Shown: piece by piece, positions 27,911 to 38,526 of the stretch | Layout: the number at the start of each line of letters is the position of its first letter | How positions within the stretch are numbered: the stretch's first letter is position 1 | Assembly: GCA_046541515.1 (NCBI GenBank) | Contig: JBKHDD010000005.1 | Span: 647 to 64,646, forward strand | Length of the DNA: 64,000 nucleotides | Origin: Desulfococcaceae bacterium | GTDB taxonomy: Bacteria > Desulfobacterota > Desulfobacteria > Desulfobacterales > Desulfococcaceae | Reading direction: 5' to 3' | Made by a program: the position numbers and the translations under genes | The notes under the pieces: model-generated | Database searches by the model: none | What the model was told of the DNA's origin: nothing | The model's input: the letters and a program-made list of their open reading frames with translations, nothing else

Positions 27911-28027
27911 GGAATATCCTTTGGGAAGTCGATGAACGCGATTGCAAAAAAATATAGGAAACCATTGTTAGCGCTTTGTGAAGCCGACCATTTTTTTACC
28001 GGCGGTTCCAGTTATACCGGAAAAAAG

Positions 28028-28047
28028 ATTATAAAAATTTTTATAAT
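28028..28047. repeat. perfect 20-bp A/T-only palindrome ATTATAAAAATTTTTATAAT
   Basis: Read directly from the sequence. It lies about 120 nt upstream of the hybrid kinase start, in the most AT-rich patch of the window. Confidence 0.9.
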
Positions 28048-28283
28048 GGAGAAAAGCTTGAATGCGCTCGGACAATAACAATTCCACCATGTTGCACGAT
28101 GATTGGCCTGAATTTATAACCAAGCGAATGAGCTAACCGTTCGTTAACATTCTAAGTAATTGAAAATTCAATAAAAAATTCTCACCTTTTTGGCGCGCTT
28201 TTTGCTCTATCAAAAATGGACGCCAAACGGTTTCGCAAGCGCTTCGGTTTCCCCGCCCTTTCTTTCCTTCGCCCGACGGCGGT

Positions 28284-28352
28284 CGGGGATCGAATCGAAG
28301 AAGTCTTAATTCCATTTTCTTGGAGGAAACCCAAATTGAAGGCGATAGGTTT
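28284..28352. repeat. partial, degenerate copy of the miniature repeat family
   Basis: CTTGGAGGAAACCCAAATTGAAGGCGATAGG aligns with CTTGGAAATCCCAAATTGAACGCCATTG of the copy at 808-887. The central part is only loosely similar and the other end is missing. Confidence 0.4.
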
Positions 28353-28518
28353 CGCGGCTTGGGTCATCTTGGGCTCCTGGTTCTTCTGGAACTCGGGCGC
28401 GTTCGCCACGGCAAGCCGGATTTGGGAACCGGTGCCGGAGCCTGGCGGAATGGCCATGTTTGGCGGCTGGCTACTTGGCCTCGGCATTCTGGCGCGAAAA
28501 CTCCTTCGCCATCGGTAA
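28336..28518 (+). CDS. minimal PEP-CTERM-type secreted peptide candidate (about 60 aa)
   Basis: TTG at 28336 lies 8 nt after GGAGGA. The signal-peptide-like KLKAIGFAAWVILGSWFFWNSGAFA is followed by VPEPGGMAMFGGWLLGLGILARKLLRHR (PEP motif, hydrophobic helix, basic tail). Third codon positions are G/C-biased. An alternative ATG at 28216 would give 100 aa. Confidence 0.45.
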   Translation: MKAIGFAAWVILGSWFFWNSGAFATASRIWEPVPEPGGMAMFGGWLLGLGILARKLLRHR

Positions 28519-28893
28519 ACGTCGCGTCGCCATATTTTCCGTTTATGGGACGTTGCTCGGCCACGGATTCCCAGTGGAATTCCAATCCGTTCCACTTGGA
28601 CGCCGTGCCGCTTCCTCCCTCCCGCCTCCCCACCGGAACTTTTCGCCGCCCCGCCCCTTTCCGTTCACCCATCCGTTCGCCCCTTTTTATGTTCTTCGTC
28701 TCTCGATCTTTCCACTTTTCCACGGTTTTCCGGTCGATCCCGCTTTTTCCAAAAGGAACCGCGGCGGAAGGGGGCGCCATCCCGGAAAACCGGTTTGGAT
28801 GCCGTTTGACATTCCGCCGAGAGCCTTTCTATTTTTTATGCTCGGAACCGTGACCAACCGATGTTCGCGTGGAAAATCTAAAAAGGAAAAAAC

Positions 28894-30048
28894 ATGGATC
28901 CCGCCCGGATTCTGATTGTGGAAGACAGCCCGGCCATCGCGGCCAAACTGGAATGGACTCTGGAAAAGTTTGGCTACCAATCCGCGGGCCGCGCCGTCAG
29001 CGGCAAAGAGGCCGTCGCAATGGCGTTGTCCGCGGAACCCGATCTGGTGCTCATGGACATCGAGCTGGAGGGCGACATGACCGGTATCCAGGCGGCCGAA
29101 CGGCTGCGCGCGGAGGGGGAATTTCCTCTGGTCTACCTCACTTCCCACGCCGACGACGAGTCCCTGGCCCAGGCCCAGCGAACCGCGCCCTACGCCTATC
29201 TCGTCAAGCCGTTCAAGGACCGGGAGTTGCGCGCGGCCATCGAAACGGCCCTCCACCGCCATCGGCTGGAACAACGACTCAAGGATCGGGAATCGGCGCT
29301 TCGGCGGGCATTGAAGCACGAAGCGGTCTGCACCCTTGCCGGTGGAATGGCCCACGAATTCAATACCGTTCTCAGCATCATTCTGGGCAACGCGGAAATG
29401 GCCATGGAAGACGTCCCCTCGCACTGGCCGGTTCACAAAAACCTTGAACAGATTCGCCTCGCCTCCCTTCGGGGACGGGACGCGGTGCGGCAATTGCTGG
29501 TTTTTATGAAAAAGCCCGAAGGCGGAAAGCCAACCTTGGACCCCGCCGCCGTTCTTCTGGAATCCATTCGGGCGATCCGGCCCGCCATCCCGGCCCACAT
29601 CCGGCTGGAATGCCGATTCGCTCCGGACGGCGGACACGTGGCGGGCGATCCGGCCCAGCTTCACCAGGTCCTCCGCAATTTGTTGGACAACGCGGTTCGC
29701 GCGGTTCGCGACAAGGCGGGGGGCGGCCGCATCGAGGTGGCGTTGGACCGGGCGACGGTTTCCGAAACGGAGATGGAAGGGGAAGACAAGGGGCCGGCCT
29801 CGGGGGACTATTATCGACTGCGGGTGACGGACGACGGGGTGGGAATCCCCGAAACCGATTTGGAGCGGGTGTTTGATCCCTATTTCACCACCCGCGAAAC
29901 CGGCGAAGGGGTCGGCATGGGTTTGGCGGTGGTGTACGGGATCGTCCGGAGCCACGGCGGCTTCGTGCAAATCCGCAGCGACCCCGGCGAGGAAACCGCG
30001 GTCGAAGTCTTTCTCCCGGCGGTGGTCCCGACCGTTCCGGCGGAATAA
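28894..30048 (+). CDS. receiver-histidine kinase fusion (REC-HisKA-HATPase), cytoplasmic
   Basis: REC: RILIVEDSPAIAA..LVLMDIELEGDMTG..YLTSH..YLVKPF. H-box LAGGMAHEFNTVLSII. N/G boxes RNLLDNAVRAV..DDGVGIP..GVGMGLAVV. Confidence 0.9.
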   Translation: MDPARILIVEDSPAIAAKLEWTLEKFGYQSAGRAVSGKEAVAMALSAEPDLVLMDIELEGDMTGIQAAERLRAEGEFPLVYLTSHADDESLAQAQRTAPYAYLVKPFKDRELRAAIETALHRHRLEQRLKDRESALRRALKHEAVCTLAGGMAHEFNTVLSIILGNAEMAMEDVPSHWPVHKNLEQIRLASLRGRDAVRQLLVFMKKPEGGKPTLDPAAVLLESIRAIRPAIPAHIRLECRFAPDGGHVAGDPAQLHQVLRNLLDNAVRAVRDKAGGGRIEVALDRATVSETEMEGEDKGPASGDYYRLRVTDDGVGIPETDLERVFDPYFTTRETGEGVGMGLAVVYGIVRSHGGFVQIRSDPGEETAVEVFLPAVVPTVPAE

Positions 30049-30090
30049 TCCGGTTTCCAACGCGGCGGACGATTCGGATCGACGGCGGGA

Positions 30091-32028
30091 TCAGGCGCCG
30101 CCGGGAAAGGGCTGGACCGACCGGGGCCGCGCGACCGGCGTCCGACTTTCCGCTTCCGGGACGGATTCCCGGTTCGTCTTTCGGGGCGGCTTTGCGCCGT
30201 TTCGGCTTCCTTCCACCAGCGCCGTCAGCTCTCCGGCGATTTTCGCCATCCGGCGGGATTGGCCGTTGACCGTCTCCGACACCCCGGCCGATTCCTGGGC
30301 CTTGGCCGCGTTCAGCTGCACCACCGCGTCGATTTCCACCGCCGCCCGCCGAAGCTGTTCGACGCCCTTGGCCTGTTCCCGGGAGGCTTCGGCCACCTCT
30401 TCCATCAAATTTCCCATGTCCCGGACTTTTTGGGACACGCCGCCAAATCGACTCCGAACGGTTTCCGACCGCTCGGCCATGGTTTCCAGCCGTCGCATGT
30501 TTTCGTCCACCAGGGCGGAGGTGCTCCGGGCGGCCTCTCCCGCGCGCCCCGCCAGCTTGCGGACCTCCTCGGCCACCACCGAAAAGCCGGCGCCGGCCTC
30601 TCCGGCCCGGGCCGCCTCCACCGCGGCGTTCAGGGACAGCAGATTGGTCTGAAAGGCGATTTCATCGATGGTTTTTACAATTTGGGAGGTCCGTAGGCCC
30701 ACGTCCAGGGCGCTTTGGGCGACGGCGTTCAGCTCCCCGATGGATTCGTCCGCGCCGTCCACCACTTCGTAAACCTCCCCCTTGAGCGCATTTCCGGCGC
30801 CGGCGTTTTTCGCGTTTTGACTGGCGATGGCGGAAATCTCCTCCAGGGAAGACGCGGTCTGCTGGATGGTGACGGCCTGACGGGCCGCGCCGTCGGCGAT
30901 GTCTTCGTTGGTCTCCGACATTTTGGCGGCGGCCCGCTGGACCTGCTGGGAGCTCTCGTGCAGCTCGCCCACCGCCCGCCGGATGGAAACGGCGACCCGG
31001 GCGGCGAAAAACCGGACGGCGATCGCCGAAAGCAGAAGGAAAACCGCCATCGCCCCCCAATTGAAATTCAGGACGTCGGAAAGCACGGTTCGGAATTCGT
31101 CCGCGTTTTGGGTCGCCGCCACGCTCCAGCCTTGGCTTTTCACCGGGGCGAAGGCGGCCACCCGCTCCGCGTCTCGGAACCGGTAGGTCGCCAAGCCGCT
31201 TTCCGACGCCAACATCCGATCGGCGAGTTCCTCCAGGCCGGGCTCTTCCCGAATGTTGAGGCGAAGCTGAAAATCGGCTTCGGGATGGGCGATCATCCCG
31301 CCGTTTTTATCGGTCATGAAGGAATATCCGGTTTTCCCAACCCGGGTATTGGTCACAAGGGCCGCGATTTCGGAAAGACGGAGATGAAGGCCGACGAAGC
31401 CGGCGAATTCTCCCCGTTTGTCGGGAATCGGCGAAAATACGGGAAGCACCGGTTCTTTGGTCAACTCCGAATGGACGGGATTTCCGATGAAAGGGGCGCC
31501 GACGTCCCGCAATTGCCGGAAGGCGTCCGTCTCCGCCATTTCCAGGCCGATGGGACGCGCCCCGACGTTGGCGACGTAGTTGCTTCGAAAATCGGGGGCG
31601 TCGGCGATTTTTTCCCGGACGAAAGGCGTTTCTCCGCTTTCGGTGGCCCCCGCGAAAACCGTTCCCCGTTTATCGCCCAAAAATATGAGATCATACGCGC
31701 CGCCAAGCCGCTTCAGCGTATCCAACAGCCGATCGTTGAGCCGGGCCAGTTCCATTTCGCCCATGGCGCCGTCGGCATAAAAGCGAATGTCCATGCCGTC
31801 GAAGCTTTGATAATTGGCCGCCAGGCTGTCGGCGATCCGGACCTGTTCGTCGAGCAGCAGCTCCACGGATCGGGCGAGACTTGCCGCCGTCTGGGACGCC
31901 TGGTTCGCGGCGTAGGTTTCCAAGGCCCGGGATACCCGGAAGGTGAAAAGCAACGCCATCGTGAGCATGGGCGCGGCCACCAGCAACACCCCGCCGGAAA
32001 TCAGTTTGAATTTTAAACTGGCTTGCAT
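30091..32028 (-). CDS. methyl-accepting chemotaxis protein with double-Cache-like periplasmic sensor
   Basis: ATG at 32028 is preceded by GGAGG. TM1 is [22 protein letters not shown]. The Cache-like region includes ..[36 protein letters not shown]... TM2 follows, then the signalling domain [38 protein letters not shown]. The ORF-track start at 32181 was trimmed. Confidence 0.9.
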   Translation of the reverse strand: MQASLKFKLISGGVLLVAAPMLTMALLFTFRVSRALETYAANQASQTAASLARSVELLLDEQVRIADSLAANYQSFDGMDIRFYADGAMGEMELARLNDRLLDTLKRLGGAYDLIFLGDKRGTVFAGATESGETPFVREKIADAPDFRSNYVANVGARPIGLEMAETDAFRQLRDVGAPFIGNPVHSELTKEPVLPVFSPIPDKRGEFAGFVGLHLRLSEIAALVTNTRVGKTGYSFMTDKNGGMIAHPEADFQLRLNIREEPGLEELADRMLASESGLATYRFRDAERVAAFAPVKSQGWSVAATQNADEFRTVLSDVLNFNWGAMAVFLLLSAIAVRFFAARVAVSIRRAVGELHESSQQVQRAAAKMSETNEDIADGAARQAVTIQQTASSLEEISAIASQNAKNAGAGNALKGEVYEVVDGADESIGELNAVAQSALDVGLRTSQIVKTIDEIAFQTNLLSLNAAVEAARAGEAGAGFSVVAEEVRKLAGRAGEAARSTSALVDENMRRLETMAERSETVRSRFGGVSQKVRDMGNLMEEVAEASREQAKGVEQLRRAAVEIDAVVQLNAAKAQESAGVSETVNGQSRRMAKIAGELTALVEGSRNGAKPPRKTNRESVPEAESRTPVARPRSVQPFPGGA

Positions 32029-32528
32029 CGATCCTCCTTGGCCGTCCCCGCGGCGACGGGGCGGCATTTGCGAACGGCTCGGGTTTTCATCCTGGGAAAC
32101 GATCGTCTTGGGGCGCCAACCCGCGTTCAAGATTTGCCTGCGGATTTCAATCGTTTCCAGACAAAATGGAAAACGACGCATGAAACCCCTACGCTTTTTG
32201 CTAACACCGGGAAGTTAAGGGCGTGTTAAGGCGCGAAAAATTACCGAAAAAAATTGTGCGGAATTTGGGAAAAATGGATTGAACAAGGCGGGCGCGATCG
32301 CCATTCCCAAATGAGAATATAAAATAAAACAAAGGGGCTACGGAAGAGGCGCGGCGGAATCGGGGGCCGGTTTTTTTCGGAATATCCAAGAAGATGAACC
32401 CTTTTTTCCGGGTTGCAAAACTTTTGAATTTTCTGTAAAAAAGCGTTCCAGTTTGACGGGGGGCGGGTCGCCGCGGGGTCTTTTTCAGGCGTCCCGAATT
32501 TCTGAAACGCCAAGGGGAAGGGAAAGCG

Positions 32529-32723
32529 ATGGAGCCGGACTTGATGAAACCGGTACGTTTCGAGGATTTGCCCGAGGACGCGCTGTTTTGGATGTCCCGG
32601 GAGGCGGCGCCCCGGGAACCGTACCATTTCAAGGGACCCTACAAGAAAAAAGTGTACGTGGAAATGCGGCCGGAGCATCCGGAAACCGTCTTCGTGAAAG
32701 AGGACCGGCCGGAAAGTGGATAA
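32529..32723 (+). CDS. small hypothetical protein (64 aa)
   Basis: ATG follows a purine-rich stretch. Composition is balanced (MEPDLMKPVRFEDLPEDALFWMSREAAPREPYHFKGPYKKKVYVEMRPEHPETVFVKEDRPESG) and the third-position G/C bias matches confirmed genes. No family was recognised. Confidence 0.4.
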   Translation: MEPDLMKPVRFEDLPEDALFWMSREAAPREPYHFKGPYKKKVYVEMRPEHPETVFVKEDRPESG

Positions 32724-32814
32724 TCGTCCGAGGCCTTTCCAGGCCTCCGCGACGCCGGCCGGGAAGGCGAGAACGGCTCCCCGCTCGCCTCCCCGGCCAT
32801 CGGTTTGTCGATGA

Positions 32815-33123
32815 TCAAGCCCGGAATCCGGCGTTGCCCTCCCGGTGCTTGGATTTCTCCGCGATGGGGACGATTTCCTTCTCCAGCGCCTCGAAGGGGC
32901 CCGGGCTTTCCTCCCGCGGTCCCATCTCCGCAAGCTGGTTCGAGGGGGTCTCCAATTCCGTCGCCGGCGGGTCGTTCCACGGAATCTCGTTCAACCGCCG
33001 AATCAACAGGGACCGTTCCACCCGATCCGCCTTTTCGTATCCGTCCCGCAACCTTTTCCGAAACACCGCCTCCGCCCGTTCCGTAAATTTTTTCCCCTTT
33101 TCCGTCTTCAATTTATGGAGCAT
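32815..33123 (-). CDS. hypothetical protein (102 aa)
   Basis: ATG at 33123. Reads MLHKLKTEKGKKFTERAEAVFRKRLRDGYEKADRVERSLLIRRLNEIPWNDPP.., with strong third-position G/C bias. It is the only protein-like part of the 422-aa track ORF 32815..34083. Confidence 0.45.
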   Translation of the reverse strand: MLHKLKTEKGKKFTERAEAVFRKRLRDGYEKADRVERSLLIRRLNEIPWNDPPATELETPSNQLAEMGPREESPGPFEALEKEIVPIAEKSKHREGNAGFRA

Positions 33124-33446
33124 GGCTTCCAGGCCGCAGCCGGAAAACCACCGGCGATTTCCCGCCTTTCCGCGTTGAACCCGGGCCGGACGAAGAGAAA
33201 GGGGGCGGTGTTCAGAATCATCTGCTTGAAGGAGCGATACCGGCCCGGAATGGTGGAGTCCCATTCGACGATGGAGGCCGACGGCTTCACCGGCATGTCG
33301 TCGTCGCCCACCACGTTGCGGAAGTGGATGTTCTCCGTTCCCGGCTGGAAGTGGAAATCCGCGGGATGTTCCGCCGCCTGAAACCCGTTTTCGATGACGT
33401 CCATCATGGCGGAAAAGGGCGCCGGCCCGTCGGGTTTCGTTTTCAA
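33108..33446 (-). CDS. hypothetical protein (112 aa), overlapping the next ORF by 16 nt
   Basis: TTG start in the track, with internal ATG-ATG at codons 13-14. Reads ..FSAMMDVIENGFQAAEHPADFHFQPGTENIHFRNVVGDDDMPVKPSASIVEWDSTIPGRYRSFKQMILNTAPFLFVRPGFN, with strong third-position G/C bias. No family was recognised. Confidence 0.45.
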   Translation of the reverse strand: MKTKPDGPAPFSAMMDVIENGFQAAEHPADFHFQPGTENIHFRNVVGDDDMPVKPSASIVEWDSTIPGRYRSFKQMILNTAPFLFVRPGFNAERREIAGGFPAAAWKPCSIN

Positions 33447-33500
33447 GCGGTTTCACCGGATTTAAGCGATTTGCGGAGATTGAAATGGCGTACGGGCACA

Positions 33501-33634
33501 CCGCCGGGGAATAAATTTCCCGGCTCGAACCGAAAAAGCCAGCCAAAGCGGGCGCCCTTGCCCCCGGATCGAAAGAGGCTGAGCTTCTTTTAGGGCGCTT
33601 TTCGGAATGAGCCGGGGGATTTATTCCCCGGCGG
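33501..33634. repeat. 24-bp inverted repeat pair; each arm is itself hairpin-prone
   Basis: CCGCCGGGGAATAAATTTCCCGGC (33501-33524) and GCCGGGGGATTTATTCCCCGGCGG (33611-33634) are reverse complements with 2 mismatches. The right arm sits 8 nt downstream of the EEP gene stop. Confidence 0.7.
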
Positions 33635-33641
33635 CCAGGCC

Positions 33642-34694
33642 TTACGGAGATGGCATGGAAACGGTGGCGGGGGAATCCAACGCGGCCTGCCGGACCGGGC
33701 GGGATTCCGCCGCCACCGCCGGGGATTTGGTGGAGACCGGGGCAATCTCCGCGACGACGCCCAAGTGATCCGACAACACGTCGGGGAGCACGCGATAATC
33801 CCGGAATTCCAACTCCGGCGAGATCAAAATCCAGTCCAGCCGCTTTCCGGAAAATGGAAAGGTGTCCAGGTCCGTCGCGTTTTCCCGCCACGTCTTCAGA
33901 TTCAGCCCCTCGGCCAGGGCGCGGACCGCGGATTCGTCGTCGTCCCATTCGCTGTTGAAATCGCCGAGCACGATGCGCGGCGAGGGACGAGGGGAGAGCG
34001 TTCGAATCATCTCCGCAACCTGTCCGGCCCGGACCGACGACCGGGCGAAATCCAGGTGGACCGACACCACGTCCGCGGACCAACCGCCGGGGAATTGGAC
34101 CCGGCTAACAACGAAGCCCTTGGGAAAGGTCGGCGGCGAGGGCGGAAAGGTGACCGAAATCGGAGCGACCGGAACGGAACGGGAAAGGATGGCCGTGCCG
34201 TAGGAAAGCCCGCCGCCGTCCACGTGGGAACCGCGGAGGGAGTAGTCGAATCCCGCGCTTTCCGCCAGCCGGGCCACGTGGTCGAAATCGCCGCTCCAAA
34301 AAGAGGGTCCGTCGGCCTCCTGCAAGGCCACCGCGGCCGGGGATTCGCGGCGAAGCACGCCGGCGACCTCTTCCAGATTGCCCTGGATTTTTTCTCCGCT
34401 TTGGAGCATCTGGCTGAATCCGTCCTTGCGGCCGTGGGCCAGATTCAGGGTCATCACCGTCGCCGCCTGCGGCGTTCGCAAGGCTGCGGGAGACTGGATC
34501 GAAGCCGTCCATCGCTCGGACGGGCGATCGGGCGGGCTTCCCAACGAAGTGGTTCCGTGGGCCCGGACCGGAGGTTGGTCCACGCTGGGTCCGGAAAGGC
34601 AGGAGACCAGCGACAGGCTTACAAAAAGACCGGCAATGGTCCAAAAAAAGAGGAAACGGAGGCGTTTCCAAGAGAAAAACGGTCGTTTTTTCAT
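33642..34694 (-). CDS. endonuclease/exonuclease/phosphatase (EEP) family lipoprotein
   Basis: N-terminus MKKRPFFSWKRLRFLFFWTIAGLFVSLSLVSC (signal peptide plus lipobox). EEP motifs: VMTLNLAHG.., ALQEADG, GTAILSR, VSVHLD, IVLGDFNSE, DWILISP, SDHLGVVAEI. The TTG at 34703 is an alternative start. Confidence 0.88.
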   Translation of the reverse strand: MKKRPFFSWKRLRFLFFWTIAGLFVSLSLVSCLSGPSVDQPPVRAHGTTSLGSPPDRPSERWTASIQSPAALRTPQAATVMTLNLAHGRKDGFSQMLQSGEKIQGNLEEVAGVLRRESPAAVALQEADGPSFWSGDFDHVARLAESAGFDYSLRGSHVDGGGLSYGTAILSRSVPVAPISVTFPPSPPTFPKGFVVSRVQFPGGWSADVVSVHLDFARSSVRAGQVAEMIRTLSPRPSPRIVLGDFNSEWDDDESAVRALAEGLNLKTWRENATDLDTFPFSGKRLDWILISPELEFRDYRVLPDVLSDHLGVVAEIAPVSTKSPAVAAESRPVRQAALDSPATVSMPSP

Positions 34695-34765
34695 GGTTCG
34701 CAAGGGAGAAATGGACCCGCCGCCGCGGGCGGGTTTGGATTTTTCGTCACGGGCGTTGGCCCCAT

Positions 34766-34862
34766 GGCCTTCACGTTGGATTTTCCAATGGAGAACCGTT
34801 CGGGATTGAACGGGGGCGTGTGGGAAACGCCCACGCCGATTCGCCGCGAAATGAACTTTCCG
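34766..34862. repeat. miniature repeat element, diverged copy
   Basis: Begins GCCTTCACGTTGGATTTTCCAATGG, has a GC-rich central dyad GGCGTGTGGGAAACGCCCACGCC, and ends ..GATTCGCCGCGAAATGAACTTTCCG. It is colinear with the 6948 copy and lies between the EEP gene start and the ettA stop. Confidence 0.6.
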
Positions 34863-34873
34863 AGCCGTTGGCC

Positions 34874-36556
<1,683 letters not shown>

Positions 36557-36916
36557 AAAAAAAGAGTCTCCTCGGGGACAAACCCAAAAAAAGGTCCGGC
36601 GTCGGAAACCGCTGGCCGATTCCCGATCCGGACGATGGTGTTTTTCGCGAATGAATGAGCTTTTTGCCACAATCGCGGGGGATTGGCAAGGGGGAGATGC
36701 CGAAACGCCGGAAAAGTTCGTTCCGTTGCGGGAAGGGGTTCTGGATTTTTCTTTCTTGACCCGGCGAGAATTTTTCACTATTGGTCATAAATTTTGCGCG
36801 CTCCCGCCCCCGTGCTGGACCGAATTGAAGGAAAATCCCGCATTCTGCGGAGGCGGCGAGGTGAGGAATGTTGCGGGTGGACCCCCCGCCAATGTCACCC
36901 AATTCGAGGAGGAACT

Positions 36917-38470
36917 ATGAAAAAGGGAATGGTGCTGTTTCTCACGCTGACCCTGGGCCTTTGCCTGAGCGCCGCCGCCGGGGCCAAGACCCTGCGGCTG
37001 GCCATGGACGCCGACCCGGTCTCCCTGGACCCCCATGTCCAGCTCTCCGGCGGGATGCTCCAGTATTCCCACATGGTGTTTGATCCCCTGGCCCGCTGGA
37101 CCAAGGACATGGAATTCGAGCCGCGTCTGGCCACCAAGTGGGAGCGGATCGACCCGCTGACACTTCGATTTCACCTCCGCAAGGGCGTCAAATTTCACTC
37201 CGGCAACCCCTTCACCGCCAAGGACGTGGCCTGGACCCTGGCCCGCCTCAAGAGAAGTCAGGATTTCAAGGGACTCTTCGAGCCGTTCGCCGAGCCCGAG
37301 GTGATCGACGACTTCACCATCGACATCAAGACCAAGAAGCCCTACGGCCTGACCCTGAACATGGCCACCTACATTTTCCCCATGGATTCCGAATTTTACA
37401 CCGGGACCGACGAAAAGGGCCATCCCAAGGACGCCATCGTCAAAACCGAGCATTCCTTCGCCAACGAGAACGAGTCGGGCACCGGAAAATATACCGTGGA
37501 ATCCCGGGAGCAGGGTCAGAAGTGGGTGCTCAAGGCCTTTCCGGAATACTGGGACGAGAATTCCGGAAACGTGGACACCATCGAGCTGACCCCCATCGGC
37601 GAGGACGCCACCCGGATGGCCGCGCTGCTGGCCGGCGACGTGGACTTCATCATGCCGGTGCCGCCCCAGGATTTCGACCGCATCGAGCGGACCGAGGACG
37701 TGCAGCTCATCACCATGCCCGGCTCCCGGATCATCACCTTTCAGCTCAACCAGAAGCGGCGGGAGGAGTTCAAAAATCCCAAGGTCCGCCAGGCCATGGC
37801 CTACGCCGTCAACAATCCCGGCATCGTGGCCAAGATCATGAAGGGCCGTGCCACCGTCGCCGCCCAGAATTCCCCCGAGGGCTACGACGGCCACGTGCCG
37901 GAGCTGGAACCCCGCTTTGACGTGGCCAAGGCCCAGGAACTGATGAAGGAAGCGGGCTATCCCGACGGCTTCGCCGTTTCCATGATCGCCCCCAACAACC
38001 GGTACGTCAACGACGAGAAGATCGCCGAGGCGGTGGCCGGCATGCTCTCCAAGATCAACGTCAAGGTGGAGCTGAAGACCATGCCCAAGGCCCAGTACTG
38101 GGACGAGTTCGACGCCCAGGTGGCCGACGTCCAGATGATCGGCTGGCACTCGGACACCGAGGACTCCGCCAATTTCTTCGAATTCCTCCACATGTGCCCG
38201 AACAAGGAAACCGGCTACGGCCAATACAACAGCGGCAACTACTGCAACCCAAAGGTGGACGAGCTGACCCTGGCCTCCCAGAGCGAGACCGATCTGGCCA
38301 AGCGGGCCGAAATGCTCAAGGAAGTGGAGCGGATTCTCCACAACGACGCCGCCTTCATCCCCCTTCACTGGCAGATGCTCTCCTGGGCCGGCAGCGACAA
38401 GCTGAAGAACGCCGACGAGATTGTCAACGTCATGAACTTCCCCTATTTCGGGGACCTGGTGATGGAGTAA
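36917..38470 (+). CDS. ABC transporter substrate-binding protein, family 5 (peptide/nickel, DppA/OppA-like)
   Basis: ATG follows GAGGAGG. Signal peptide MKKGMVLFLTLTLGLCLSAAAGA, then KTLRLAMDADPVSLDPH..., KFHSGNPFTAKDV and the typical SBP_bac_5 layout. Confidence 0.9.
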   Translation: MKKGMVLFLTLTLGLCLSAAAGAKTLRLAMDADPVSLDPHVQLSGGMLQYSHMVFDPLARWTKDMEFEPRLATKWERIDPLTLRFHLRKGVKFHSGNPFTAKDVAWTLARLKRSQDFKGLFEPFAEPEVIDDFTIDIKTKKPYGLTLNMATYIFPMDSEFYTGTDEKGHPKDAIVKTEHSFANENESGTGKYTVESREQGQKWVLKAFPEYWDENSGNVDTIELTPIGEDATRMAALLAGDVDFIMPVPPQDFDRIERTEDVQLITMPGSRIITFQLNQKRREEFKNPKVRQAMAYAVNNPGIVAKIMKGRATVAAQNSPEGYDGHVPELEPRFDVAKAQELMKEAGYPDGFAVSMIAPNNRYVNDEKIAEAVAGMLSKINVKVELKTMPKAQYWDEFDAQVADVQMIGWHSDTEDSANFFEFLHMCPNKETGYGQYNSGNYCNPKVDELTLASQSETDLAKRAEMLKEVERILHNDAAFIPLHWQMLSWAGSDKLKNADEIVNVMNFPYFGDLVME

Positions 38471-38526
38471 ACAAGAACCATGACGCCCCGGATTGGAAAA
38501 TCGGCGCGGTTTTGGAATTATAATCG

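Noticed and set aside
28364-28780. 138-aa minus-strand ORF (MAPPSAAVPFGKSGIDRKTVEKWKDRETKNIKRGERMGERKG..) in the long intergenic region.
   Set aside because: It derives from a purine-rich strand, with a low-complexity Lys/Arg/Gly translation and no motif. It overlaps the better-supported PEP-CTERM candidate on the other strand. It cannot be excluded but is not supportable.
32250-32310. Possible further copy of the miniature repeat (..GAATTTGGGAAAAATGGATTGAACAAGGCGGGCGCGATCGCCATTCCCAAATG..).
   Set aside because: Only short word matches (TTGAAC, CCCAAAT, a GC dyad) are present. I cannot align the ends or central hairpin convincingly by eye.
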